NCBI GenBank assembly: GCA_963737495.1 | Contig: CAVTSS010000009.1 | Location: 57,167 to 121,166 of the forward strand | DNA length: 64,000 bases | From: Terriglobia bacterium | GTDB lineage: Bacteria; Acidobacteriota; Terriglobia; Bryobacterales; Bryobacteraceae | Direction of reading: 5' to 3' | Notes under the pieces: model-generated | Database searches by the model: none | What the model was told of the DNA's origin: nothing | What the model saw: only the letters and a program-made list of their open reading frames with translations | Made by a program: the position numbers and the translations under genes | Part shown: piece after piece, positions 22,286 through 31,565 of the stretch | Layout: the number at the start of each line of letters is the position of its first letter | Position numbering within the stretch: position 1 is the first letter of the stretch

Positions 22286-22307
22286 CCTGACATCCCACAT
22301 TATCGGC
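22286..22307 (+). repeat. copy 2 of the 22-nt motif CCTGAYRT-N6-TTATCGRC
   Basis: CCTGACATCCCACATTATCGGC, 135 nt after the last array tRNA. Confidence 0.7.
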
Positions 22308-22520
22308 CTCTGACCTATTCCTATTCCACTTGTACGGCCCGGCCGATCTCCTTTGATTCAAGTGAGGTATGGTCGCGTACAATGAGCGCCGGTCCGCTGG
22401 CGCGTGAGAAGTTTTAGATCGTCGCGTAACTTTCTGCTCCTATCCCGCGAACCTGCAACTGACAGCTGCGACAAGCTCGCTTCCGAAAACCGCAGCGGTC
22501 AGACTACAGGAGAATACGCA

Positions 22521-23567
22521 ATGCAAAACTTGACGGAAAAGTTGACAAGGCTTGGCGCGATCGCGCTTCTGGCCGGTGCGGCAGTCAGCGCGCAAAACCA
22601 GAGCGGGCAACCCCTTGTGGTTACTGCGACGAACGCCGCTTCCAACCAGTTGCTGGTTTACAACACCAGGGCGCAGCTAATCCAAACGGTCAGTACGCAG
22701 GGTCAGGGCGGCGTGAGCGGGAACGCGGGCGGCATCGCCGTCCATGATCAGCAGATTGCCGTGGTCAACTTCGGGTCGAAGTCGGTCTCATTGTTCACGC
22801 AGGAAGGGAACGCCTTCAAAGTGATGCGGATCATCCCTGCCGCTTCGAGCCCGGTGAGCGTGGCATTCGGAAACGACCATCTCTACATCCTGGGAACGAC
22901 AACGATTGAGTCGCATCAAATGTATGGCAACGAGATTAATACGAACCCCGACGGGATGGCCCGCCTGTTCAAGGCCGATGGCTCCGCGGCGCAGGTGGGG
23001 GTGGTTGAGAACCAGCTCGTCATCAGCGAGAAGGGCACTCCGGGCGCGATCGTCGCCGGTAGTTCAGGGAACGGCGTGATTGAGACGGTGAACCTGTCGG
23101 CAACCGGTGCGATCAGCGGTGGCACGGTCCGGGAAGTTGCGGGCAGCCTCAACGCGCCCTTCGGGTTGGCGACCCGCGGCAATGACGCTTACGTCACCAT
23201 CGCCCACGCCAACGAAATCAGCCTGGTGAGGAATGACGCGGTCCTCACGATCACCGGCTCCGGGACGCAGAACGCCCCTTGCTGGGTGGCGCTCGACGGA
23301 CCTTTCCTGTTCTCCTCCAATTCGCCGAGCCAGACCATTTCGCGCTACGCAGTCTACGGGCAGAAGATCGTGCAGGACGCCGCCGTGGTTGCTTCCCTCG
23401 CCGGCGATCCGACCGATATTGCCTATCGGCAAGGGACGGTCGCGGTCATTGACGGCGTCAACCTCTCGATCTTCAGTGTGGACGAGGATGGGAATCTTGT
23501 TCTTTCCGGACGCGCGCCGATCACCAGCGTGGATAACGGGGCCGCTATCGTCTCCGGTCAGAATTAG
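22521..23567 (+). CDS. secreted beta-propeller (lactonase/YncE-like) protein
   Basis: Signal peptide MQNLTEKLTRLGAIALLAGAAVSAQ, then repeated ...V..F....V.. blades. AGGAGA RBS before ATG 22521. Confidence 0.65.
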   Translation: MQNLTEKLTRLGAIALLAGAAVSAQNQSGQPLVVTATNAASNQLLVYNTRAQLIQTVSTQGQGGVSGNAGGIAVHDQQIAVVNFGSKSVSLFTQEGNAFKVMRIIPAASSPVSVAFGNDHLYILGTTTIESHQMYGNEINTNPDGMARLFKADGSAAQVGVVENQLVISEKGTPGAIVAGSSGNGVIETVNLSATGAISGGTVREVAGSLNAPFGLATRGNDAYVTIAHANEISLVRNDAVLTITGSGTQNAPCWVALDGPFLFSSNSPSQTISRYAVYGQKIVQDAAVVASLAGDPTDIAYRQGTVAVIDGVNLSIFSVDEDGNLVLSGRAPITSVDNGAAIVSGQN

Positions 23568-23621
23568 CTCCGTTTCTCTTATAATCAACCAGGATGCAAG
23601 CCGCGCTCTTACGCGGGCCAG

Positions 23622-24293
23622 GTGAATGAGAGCAGATCCAGGATTTGCACGATAGATCTGTATGCAGGTAGCCTCACTCTTGCAGGACTCGCCGCTAGAC
23701 TGCGGGTCGCTGGGAAAGCCTTCGTGAGCTCTCCCTTAGCGTCCGAGTGGGCGCGCGATGAGAAGCTGGAGGCGTTGATGTCCCGGTATCAGAGCGGGGA
23801 TCACGACGCCGCCCACCTCCTCATCGGGCGTGTGACTCCACTGCTACACCGTTACTTCCTGATCCACGCTGCAGATCGTCGATATGCGGATGACCTGGTA
23901 CAGGAAACCTGGATGCGAATACACAAGGCGCGTCACACCCACCGGCGCGGCGAACCTGTCCTACCATGGATTTTCGCGATTGCACGGCATACCAGCCTGG
24001 ACGCTTACCGTAAGGCGCGGCGCATCGAAGTTCACGAGCGACAGGTGGACTCGCTACCGGAACGGCCGCCGTGGAATCCCGGGTCCGCAGCAAACGGTCC
24101 GGATCTCGACGTGATGCTCGGGTCGTTGCCGAAGACGCAGCGCGAAGTGATCGTCATGCTGAAAATCTTGGGGATGACAATTGAGGAGGCGGCACGGGCC
24201 ACTTCATCGAGTGCGGGTTCAGTAAAACAGAAAGCGTTTCGCGCGTATAAAAAGTTGCGCGAAGTGCTGTCGCTTGGGATGAATGTGAGATGA
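23622..24293 (+). CDS. ECF-family RNA polymerase sigma factor (start uncertain, possibly GTG 23724)
   Basis: LMSRYQSGDHDAAHLLIGRVTPLLHRYF...DDLVQETWMRIHKARHT (region 2) and PKTQREVIVMLKILGMTIEEAARATSSSAGSVKQKAFRAYKKLR (region 4). Confidence 0.85.
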   Translation: MNESRSRICTIDLYAGSLTLAGLAARLRVAGKAFVSSPLASEWARDEKLEALMSRYQSGDHDAAHLLIGRVTPLLHRYFLIHAADRRYADDLVQETWMRIHKARHTHRRGEPVLPWIFAIARHTSLDAYRKARRIEVHERQVDSLPERPPWNPGSAANGPDLDVMLGSLPKTQREVIVMLKILGMTIEEAARATSSSAGSVKQKAFRAYKKLREVLSLGMNVR

Positions 24294-25003
24294 CGCCGGA
24301 CGAGATCGACAGAATCCTCGCCGAAGCAGCGAAGCGCGCCTCCCCGGACGACGGCGCGCCAGACGCCATGGTTCGGCGCGCGGAGGATGCCATCCTCGCG
24401 GATCTGCGTCCGGTCCGGCCGTTGGCGTCCGCCTGGGTCTTTACGATGGTCTTGGTCGCGATATTCCTGGCGTTCGCCGCGGTGAGCGCCTTGGTCCTCG
24501 GTCTGCACGGCCTCGCTGCTCTCGATGCGGCTCAGATTGCGCTCATCTTGCCGGCGCTGCTGTGCGCGGCATGGCTGGCGGCGGCGGCGTGCGTCCGCGA
24601 GATGAGCCCAGCGGCTGGACCTCGGCTCGACATCATTGCTCTGGCTCTTGCAGCGGCGGGTTTTCCGATCCTTTTCGCCCTGGTGTTTCACGGCTACAGT
24701 TCGGGCGATCTGGTGAAAGAAGGCGTCCCATGTCTTGTCACCGGATTGTGCGTGGCGATCCCCACCGGCCTCACCATCGCATTGATCTTTCGCCGCGGCT
24801 TCGTGCTCGCGTGGAGCGCGGCGGGCTTAGCCGCGGGGGTTTTGTCGGGACTCGCCGGTCTCGGAACGCTAGAATTGCACTGCGCCAACTTGAAGGCGAT
24901 CCACGTAATCATCTGGCATGTGGGTGTGGTATTGGTCAGCGGACTCTTCGGATTCGGTTCCGGCCGGATCGTTGACTCTTACCGTGCTAATTCAGCGCGC
25001 TAG
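24290..25003 (+). CDS. NrsF/DUF1109-type anti-sigma factor (multi-pass membrane)
   Basis: ATGA overlap with the sigma gene. Short cytoplasmic N-terminus followed by six hydrophobic helices. Confidence 0.65.
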   Translation: MTPDEIDRILAEAAKRASPDDGAPDAMVRRAEDAILADLRPVRPLASAWVFTMVLVAIFLAFAAVSALVLGLHGLAALDAAQIALILPALLCAAWLAAAACVREMSPAAGPRLDIIALALAAAGFPILFALVFHGYSSGDLVKEGVPCLVTGLCVAIPTGLTIALIFRRGFVLAWSAAGLAAGVLSGLAGLGTLELHCANLKAIHVIIWHVGVVLVSGLFGFGSGRIVDSYRANSAR

Positions 25004-25016
25004 GGACATTATCGGC
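25003..25016 (+). repeat. half-copy of the TTATCG motif (GGGACATTATCGGC)
   Basis: Matches the right half of copy 4 (55855-55868) at 13 of 14 positions. Confidence 0.5.
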
Positions 25017-25461
25017 CGCGCTATCGCGACTTTAAGATCGCCGGCCCACAAGCCACTTGTCGGGCGTAACCCGACGTAGTCCGCGCGGGCTCCGCCATGA
25101 AAGGCGCCGAGAAACGGCGATAACTGCAATGAATCGGCTGCTTCGCATGAGCCGCGGTGACCGGATGGCACGGCAAGCGCAAACGTCGGCGACCAGGGAG
25201 CAATCGCTAAGTGACGTGCCAATGCTCGTGTCGGCCGAACGACAATTCACTGTCAATTCGAGACGGCGTTTCGGCAGCTTGGAAACAATATCGCGCGGCA
25301 AACGCTTCCCAAACGGTTTCGCTTCAATCGCATAACTAAAAAATCCAGGTTGGCGGGTAAGTTGCCTTTGCAGAAGTTCAAATCACCTCAGCGGCGGGTG
25401 ATGGGCGCCATACGCATCACGATTGCTGGTTTGACAGCCGGTTCAACAAAGGAGATTAGGC

Positions 25462-26037
25462 ATGAAATGCAAAAGTATCGGGGTAATCGTATTAGTTGGA
25501 GCATTTCTCTCTGTTCTGATGGCGCTGGCCATGGCTGCCCAGGATAAGTACACCGTGAAAGTGCCGAATGGGCTCGCTTTCTCCGAGTTCAGGGGATACG
25601 AAGACTGGCAGGTTGTCGGTCCCAGTCAGACCGACGCCGCGAACGTGATCAGAGTGATCTTGGCGAATCCCGTGATGATGAAGGCTTACAGGGAAGGCAT
25701 TCCCGCCAACGGCAAGCCTTTCCCCGACGGCTCCAAGATTGCCAAGATCGAATGGCAACCGAAAAAGATTACCGACGCCCCTTTTTCCGTGAACACGCCG
25801 GACACGGTACCGGGCCCCCTGACGGAGGTTGAGTTCATCGAGAAGGATGCCAAGCGATTCCGGGACTCCAACGGATGGGGATACGCCGTTTTCAAATATG
25901 ACGCTGCATCCGATACGTTCACTCCAGGCACTTTGGCTGACAAGCCGCCGCAGGGGAACGACGCCAAGTGCGGGGCTGCATGCCATAAGCTAGCGGCCGC
26001 AAAGGATTACATTTTTACAGCGTACCCGAAAAGGTGA
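25462..26037 (+). CDS. cytochrome P460 family protein
   Basis: Signal peptide, YEDWQVVGPS, KIAKIEW, and heme motif CGAACH near the C-terminus. Confidence 0.75.
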   Translation: MKCKSIGVIVLVGAFLSVLMALAMAAQDKYTVKVPNGLAFSEFRGYEDWQVVGPSQTDAANVIRVILANPVMMKAYREGIPANGKPFPDGSKIAKIEWQPKKITDAPFSVNTPDTVPGPLTEVEFIEKDAKRFRDSNGWGYAVFKYDAASDTFTPGTLADKPPQGNDAKCGAACHKLAAAKDYIFTAYPKR

Positions 26038-26117
26038 ACGGGGAACGACGCGCTCCAAGCCCTGCATGGTGATTCAAAGAGTACGATTTAGACGCCCGCT
26101 TCTAGGAGAAAACTTTC

Positions 26118-26960
26118 ATGCCCACTATCACGACCAAAGACGGTATAGAGATTTACTACAAGGACTGGGGTAAAGGACAGCCTGTAGTTTTCAGCCATGG
26201 TTGGCCGCTCAGCGCGGACGACTGGGATAACCAGATGTTGTTCTTCCTGCATCACGGCTATCGGGTGATCGCCCATGATCGCCGTGGGCACGGCCGCTCG
26301 ACTCAGACCGCCGACGGCCACGATATGGACCATTATGCCGATGACCTGGCGGCTCTTACAGCGCATCTCGACCTGAAAAATGCCATCCATGTTGGCCATT
26401 CCACCGGGGGCGGCGAGGTGGCGCACTATCTGGCACGGCATGGCGAAAGCCGGGTAAGCAAGGCAGCGCTGATCAGTGCGGTGCCCCCTCTCATGGTGAA
26501 GACGGCGGCCAATCCGCTCGGCCTTCCCAAGGAAGTGTTCGATGGTTTGCAGGCGCAGCTTGCCGCGAATCGTTCGGAATTCTATCGCGATCTGGCGTCG
26601 GGGCCTTTCTACGGCTACAACCGGCCGGGCGCGAAGGCTTCAGAGGCTGTCATTCAAAATTGGTGGCGCCAGGGCATGATGGGCGGAGCCAAAGCGCATT
26701 ACGACGGTATCGTGGCCTTTTCCCAAACGGATTTTACGGAAGATCTCAAGAAGATCAACGTCCCGGTCTTGGTCATGCATAGCGAGGACGATCAGATCGT
26801 GCCTTATGTCGCCGCCGGTCCGCGGTCCGCTAAGTTGCTGAAGAACGGAACTTTTATAAGCTACAAGAGCTTCCCGCACGGTATGCCCACCACGGAAGCG
26901 GACACGATTAACGCCGACCTGCTGGCATTCTTCACAGCCGCTGCGACGGTCGCGGCTTGA
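26118..26960 (+). CDS. alpha/beta hydrolase, non-heme chloroperoxidase/arylesterase-like
   Basis: [39 protein letters not shown]...[10 protein letters not shown]...[11 protein letters not shown]...FPHGMP. Confidence 0.9.
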   Translation: MPTITTKDGIEIYYKDWGKGQPVVFSHGWPLSADDWDNQMLFFLHHGYRVIAHDRRGHGRSTQTADGHDMDHYADDLAALTAHLDLKNAIHVGHSTGGGEVAHYLARHGESRVSKAALISAVPPLMVKTAANPLGLPKEVFDGLQAQLAANRSEFYRDLASGPFYGYNRPGAKASEAVIQNWWRQGMMGGAKAHYDGIVAFSQTDFTEDLKKINVPVLVMHSEDDQIVPYVAAGPRSAKLLKNGTFISYKSFPHGMPTTEADTINADLLAFFTAAATVAA

Positions 26961-27119
26961 ACATTTCCCGGCCTCATTGCTGCGAAGGCCGGGATCAAGT
27001 ACTTCTAACCTCGCTCACAAAAGGAATCGTGAAATGGTGTATCCCGCGGCCGTGGTCAAAAACATTGTGCTCGTTCACAACCGGGGCTTGGCCCCAACAC
27101 CTTAAGGTACGGGAGATCC

Positions 27120-27632
27120 ATGAATATCAGTGGTCTGTCCAACCTCTCTAGGCGCCATTTCATCTCGGCAGGTCTTGGCGCCAGCGCCCTGATCGTGGCT
27201 CCGCGCCGTCTGTTCGCAGAAGAGACGGGTATTGTCCCCACGATGATCCAGGCGGCCTCGCAGGCGAAGATCGAGGTTAATCGGCTTCGTCGGAACATCG
27301 CCGTTCTGGAGGGTTTCGGCGGCAATATCGCCGTACTCACCGGCAAGGATGGCAAGCTTCTCATCGACGCCGGGTTTACGGTGTCAAGACCACCAATCTC
27401 GCCAGCCCTCGATAGCCTGAGTGCGGACCGAATCACCCGGCTGATCAACACGCATTGGCATGTAGATCACACCGACGGGAATGCCTGGCTCCATGCGGAG
27501 GGAGCAGCCATCGCGGCGCATGAAAACACCAAGAAGCACCTATCGACTTCGACTCGGCGTTCGAAGAGATCTGTCTGCCTCCATCTTTCATCTTCAGCTC
27601 ATCGCCAAAAAAGTCGCCAATTGGAACGCTAA
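27120..27632 (+). pseudogene. Tat-signal MBL-fold hydrolase, 3'-truncated
   Basis: RRHFISAGLGASAL (twin-arginine), LIDAGF, NTHWHVDHTDGN. Recognisable sequence stops after HENTKKHLSTSTR (about 27555), roughly half the expected length, and the tail is nonsense. Confidence 0.6.
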
Positions 27633-27905
27633 GGCCCAAGTCATAGCGTGTTTCATATGATTAGCCCCGAGAAACGCCCGGGGTCCGCCACTGCAATTGG
27701 GCGTGTAGTCGGCATGTCGGACTCTCGGGAGAGTACGCCGTAAGCTGCCTGTTATGAACAATTATCGGCTTCTATGCCGGAGTACCTTGCGACTGCTTCG
27801 CTTCGCGCTCGGCACGGCGCACGTGCGCTTGCAAGCTTTATCAACTTGGCCGAAGACACGCGCCGCAGCAGCTGCGCTTGAAGCTTAGAATTTTGAGCAA
27901 ATGCG

Positions 27906-29780
27906 CTAGAGTCCGACCCGTGTGACGAACGCTTGGAAGCGCGGATCTCCCCGCACGCGGTCGAACTGCGGATGCAGGCGCAGCAGAAGCAGCGCACCGC
28001 TTCGCTCGGAAAACGCCTTTTCCATCCACGGCACCATTCCGTCGGCATCGCCCAACGAGGCGTAAATCGATGCCACCACTACTTCAAGGCCGTGTTCCCG
28101 GCCGACCCTTTCGACCAGCTTCTTGAGCAGCAAGCGAGCCTCGGCGTCGCGGCCATCCGATGCATAGGCGTATGCCAGCGCGTCCAACCGGAACGCGTCA
28201 GACTCTTGAACGTCCGGACCCAGAACAGCGACAGCCTCCGCAAAGCGGTGTTGTGCGGTGTACGCCCACGACAGCCAGCTTCGGATCAGCGGGAACGACG
28301 GATCGATGTCCAGCGCCCGCTTGCCTTGGGCCTCGGCTTCTTGAAGGCGGCCCGTGAAGACGTACATCTGGATCGTGTCCGCCATGATGATCAGCGACGT
28401 AGGCTCCAGCGCCTGCGCGCTCTTCAATTCCTGAAAGCCTTCGTCGGGATGACCCGTCACCAGAAGATTCACCGCGCGCCACTGATGTGCTGTCGCATAG
28501 CTCGGGTTCAGGCTGATGGCTCGCCGATATTCCTTTTCCGCATCCGCGCATTTCCAGTCGTAGTGCATCAGGATGAACGCCAGAGCCGTGTGCGCCTCCG
28601 CCAGATCCCCGTCGAGCGCGATGGATCTCAGTGCCGCCGCCCGCGCCTTTTCCATCGCCTCGGCGCGCGGCAGCTCTTGATTCGGATTAGAACCGAGCAG
28701 AGCATAGGCGTCGGCCAAACCCGCGTATGCCAGCGCGTAACTCGGATCGATCCGCGCGGCTTCCTGGAACTCCGCGATGGCCTTGCGATACCCCTCGGCT
28801 GTTCGCCGGCTCCACAAATAGCGTCCCCGAAGATACGCCTGCCAGGCTTCGGAGTTTTCGGTGTAGCGCTTCCGCAACCGCTCGCGTTCGGGAGCCGTCA
28901 ACTCGCCCACGAGCCCGTTGGCGACCTGCCCTCCGATGGCATCCTCAAGCGCGAACAGGCGGCTGTAAGGCTGATCGAATTTTCCGCTCCATAGCGACGC
29001 GCCATCGGAGACCCTCAGTAACTGCACGGTAACGCGAACCAGATCGCCATCCCTCTGGATGTTGCCCTCCAGGACCGCGTCTACGCCCAGTTCCCGCCCC
29101 GCGGTCAAAGGATCCGGTGTGGGACCACCGGAGTATTTCCGCACCGCGCTGGTCGGCCGCACCTGTAGCGCCGAAAGCATTCCCAACCGGTTGATCAGCA
29201 CATCGGCAAGTCCCAGGCCCAGATGCGGCGACTCCTCGTCAATCGAATGAAACGGCAGAATCGCAAGGCTGCGAACGCGTGGCTTCGGACGTTCCCATCG
29301 AATGGCGACGATAATCGCCAACGCAGCCATCAGAACTACGAAGGTCATGGCCCACCATCGTCGAAAGCGCGAAACAGCAATGGGCGGGGTAGGCGCGATC
29401 TCCCTGGGTGCCGGACTCGTGACGTCTACGGCAAGCCGGTACCCTCGCTTGGGCACCGTTTCGATCCACTCCGGATCCGGAAGTGCCTTCCGAAGGGTCA
29501 TTATATTCTGCGCCAGGGTCCCCTCCTCGACGAAGGTACCCGGCCAGACCGTTTTGAGTAACTCCTCCTTGGAAACGATCTTGGGGTGGTTGCGCACCAG
29601 CACGATCAGGGTATCGAGCGATTTCGAAGTGAGTGCGACAGAGCGGCCGTCAAGCAGCAGAGTGCGTTCGCGGGCGTCCAGACGATAGGGTCCGAACTCG
29701 TAAATCTCTGATTCCTCGATTTGAGAACTCTTTGACCCGTTCATGATGGAGATCTGATCGAAATTTGAGCCCAACCGCAA
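27906..29780 (-). CDS. CadC/OmpR-type winged-helix DNA-binding domain + TM + TPR repeat regulator
   Basis: YEFGPYRLDARERTLLLDGRSVALTSKSLDTLIVLVRNHPKIVSKEELLKTVWPG...VPKRGYRL, one TM segment, then TPR-like repeats. The start may be ATG 29744. Confidence 0.8.
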   Translation of the reverse strand: MRLGSNFDQISIMNGSKSSQIEESEIYEFGPYRLDARERTLLLDGRSVALTSKSLDTLIVLVRNHPKIVSKEELLKTVWPGTFVEEGTLAQNIMTLRKALPDPEWIETVPKRGYRLAVDVTSPAPREIAPTPPIAVSRFRRWWAMTFVVLMAALAIIVAIRWERPKPRVRSLAILPFHSIDEESPHLGLGLADVLINRLGMLSALQVRPTSAVRKYSGGPTPDPLTAGRELGVDAVLEGNIQRDGDLVRVTVQLLRVSDGASLWSGKFDQPYSRLFALEDAIGGQVANGLVGELTAPERERLRKRYTENSEAWQAYLRGRYLWSRRTAEGYRKAIAEFQEAARIDPSYALAYAGLADAYALLGSNPNQELPRAEAMEKARAAALRSIALDGDLAEAHTALAFILMHYDWKCADAEKEYRRAISLNPSYATAHQWRAVNLLVTGHPDEGFQELKSAQALEPTSLIIMADTIQMYVFTGRLQEAEAQGKRALDIDPSFPLIRSWLSWAYTAQHRFAEAVAVLGPDVQESDAFRLDALAYAYASDGRDAEARLLLKKLVERVGREHGLEVVVASIYASLGDADGMVPWMEKAFSERSGALLLLRLHPQFDRVRGDPRFQAFVTRVGL

Positions 29781-29874
29781 GACTTCGTTTCCGGGGACGA
29801 TTCATGCTTGCTTGTCAGGAGCCTGGCTCCGCTTAGGACGTACATTCTATCATCGGGCTCACAAGGAAGAAAGC

Positions 29875-30765
29875 ATGGCATCCTGTCACAATTTGCGATT
29901 AACGCTGATAGCGTCGGGATTGGCCGTGACGTGCGCCTTGCCTGCCGGAGCGTCCACATTGTTCAGCGCCACGGCATCCGCCTCTGGGAACGGATTTTGC
30001 GGGGGGTTCAGCGTGCAGAACGTCACGAACCCGATATCTGCAAGCGCGTCGGCAAGTTTCTCCGGATTTGCGGGCGAGACACCGGCATGTCTTGACCCAA
30101 CCGACCCCAGATTTGGCGCCATCGAGGTCGGGGATGGCATGTCGCAAGCCAGTCTTGCCACGGGAGTGCTCCAGGCGTCCGCTGAAGGGGGAGACAGTTT
30201 ACCTATAAAGGAAGACGGCGGTGGCGCATATGCTGAATTCACTGATACGATCACCGTACTCCCCATCGGCGCGGGGCTCCTGATGCCTGGCCCGGGCATC
30301 CTCACCCTGACCCTCGACGACAGTTCCTTAGGCCTAGCTGAGGACACTGGAGGCAGCTACAGTTACATCATTGCCATGATTGCTGCCACACAGAACGGGA
30401 TCCCCATAACACCGAGCGCAAATAACACTTGTATGCTTTCTTTCATGCCGGTAACGCCTGACACCGCGCAATGTAACGCCGCACTTCAGCTAGCCATTCC
30501 GATTGATGCCTCGGACACGACGTTCTCGTTTACCATGCTTCTAAACGTCGGCTCAGACGATGGCTACGCTGACGCGTTTAATACGGCGCAGGCGGGCCTG
30601 ATCCTGCCGGCCGGAGATACGTTTACGTCCGCTTCCGGCGTCTTCCTGACGGAGCAGGGTGAATCGTCGGTGCCTGAACCCGCGTCGATCGCTCTGCTTT
30701 TTGCCGGCCTGCTGGGCGTCGCAGCGGTCCGTATGCGCAAAGCGGGGATTGCCTGGCGGAACTAG
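29875..30765 (+). CDS. PEP-CTERM sorting-domain protein
   Basis: Signal peptide MASCHNLRLTLIASGLAVTCALPAGA, and C-terminal VPEPASIALLFAGLLGVAAVRMRK. Confidence 0.85.
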   Translation: MASCHNLRLTLIASGLAVTCALPAGASTLFSATASASGNGFCGGFSVQNVTNPISASASASFSGFAGETPACLDPTDPRFGAIEVGDGMSQASLATGVLQASAEGGDSLPIKEDGGGAYAEFTDTITVLPIGAGLLMPGPGILTLTLDDSSLGLAEDTGGSYSYIIAMIAATQNGIPITPSANNTCMLSFMPVTPDTAQCNAALQLAIPIDASDTTFSFTMLLNVGSDDGYADAFNTAQAGLILPAGDTFTSASGVFLTEQGESSVPEPASIALLFAGLLGVAAVRMRKAGIAWRN

Positions 30766-30839
30766 GGCCCAGGACGAACGATGCAAGGAATGTCCCAACC
30801 CCAGTTCCTGTTGTTGCCATTACCGGCGACTATTTTGGA

Positions 30840-31253
30840 TTGCCTTCATGCTACGAATCAGGTGCCGTCTGGACGATTGCACGAGCGGCTTCAAGTGGCA
30901 TTAGTTCGCTTGGCCGGAAGACCGATAACGCGCGCCGGCGCATTCCTCTTTCTCAACGCGTCCAGTCAATCCTGGATATGCGGCGCGGGCAGGTCGAAGG
31001 GCCATGGGTTTTTCCCGCACCAACGCGGAGCGGCCACATTGAGCCGTCGAGTCTTCAGGGCCAGCACGCAAAGGCGTGCGTACTCGGGAAGGTGACGCAC
31101 TTCCCGCTGTACAACTTCCGCCACACTTGCCTAACCCGCTGGGCGCCGTTCATGGACCCGTGGACGCTCGCTTATCTTGCCGGTCACCGCGATATGTCGA
31201 TCACGAAAAGGTATGTGCACCCGCGGGAAACACAACACCAGGGCCGCGATTGA
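30840..31253 (+). pseudogene. tyrosine integrase, C-terminal catalytic fragment only
   Basis: GRKTDNARRRIPLSQRV...WVFPAP...LYNFRHTCLTRWA...LAYLAGHRDMSITKRYVHP. The N-terminal SAM/arm-binding part is absent. It lies 110 nt from the 3' end of tRNA-Arg. Confidence 0.7.
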
Positions 31254-31362
31254 GAAGGCCCGCGTGGCGTTGAGTCGGCACAGTTCTGGGCACAGTCTGA
31301 TTCTGAACTCAGAAACCCCAATCGGGGATTCGGCCGTAAGTAGCTAATTCCTTTGAGTTTAG

Positions 31363-31439
31363 TGGTGCGCCCGGCATGACTCGAACATGCGACCTTCTGG
31401 TTCGTAGCCAGACGCTCTATCCAACTGAGCTACGGGCGC
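31363..31439 (-). tRNA. tRNA-Arg(ACG), canonical housekeeping-type copy
   Basis: Reverse complement GCGCCCG TA GCTC AGTTGGATA GAGC G TCTGG CTACGAA CCAGA AGGTC GCATG TTCGAGT CATGC CGGGCGC A CCA. All stems are perfect. Confidence 0.95.
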
Positions 31440-31441
31440 GC
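31396..31441. repeat. attL-like 46-bp direct repeat (tRNA-Arg positions 1-44 plus 2 nt upstream)
   Basis: tctggttcgtagccagacgctctatccaactgagctacgggcgcgc is identical to 63730-63775. Confidence 0.85.
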
Positions 31442-31540
31442 GCATAACTGATAAGCCGAGTTTAGCATAGCTGTTGCATGTCGTTACGAACTTTCGCGCC
31501 CACCATTTTTCTTCGGCGGCTTAGGGCCGACTCGGGGGCT

Positions 31541-31553
31541 GCACCTCCAAAAC
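31541..31553 (+). repeat. GCACCTCCAAA(AC) motif, copy near attL (candidate integrase arm site)
   Basis: gcacctccaaaac, 100 nt inside attL. The same 11-mer occurs twice about 75-100 nt inside attR. Confidence 0.5.
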
Positions 31554-31565
31554 ACACCCAAAACC

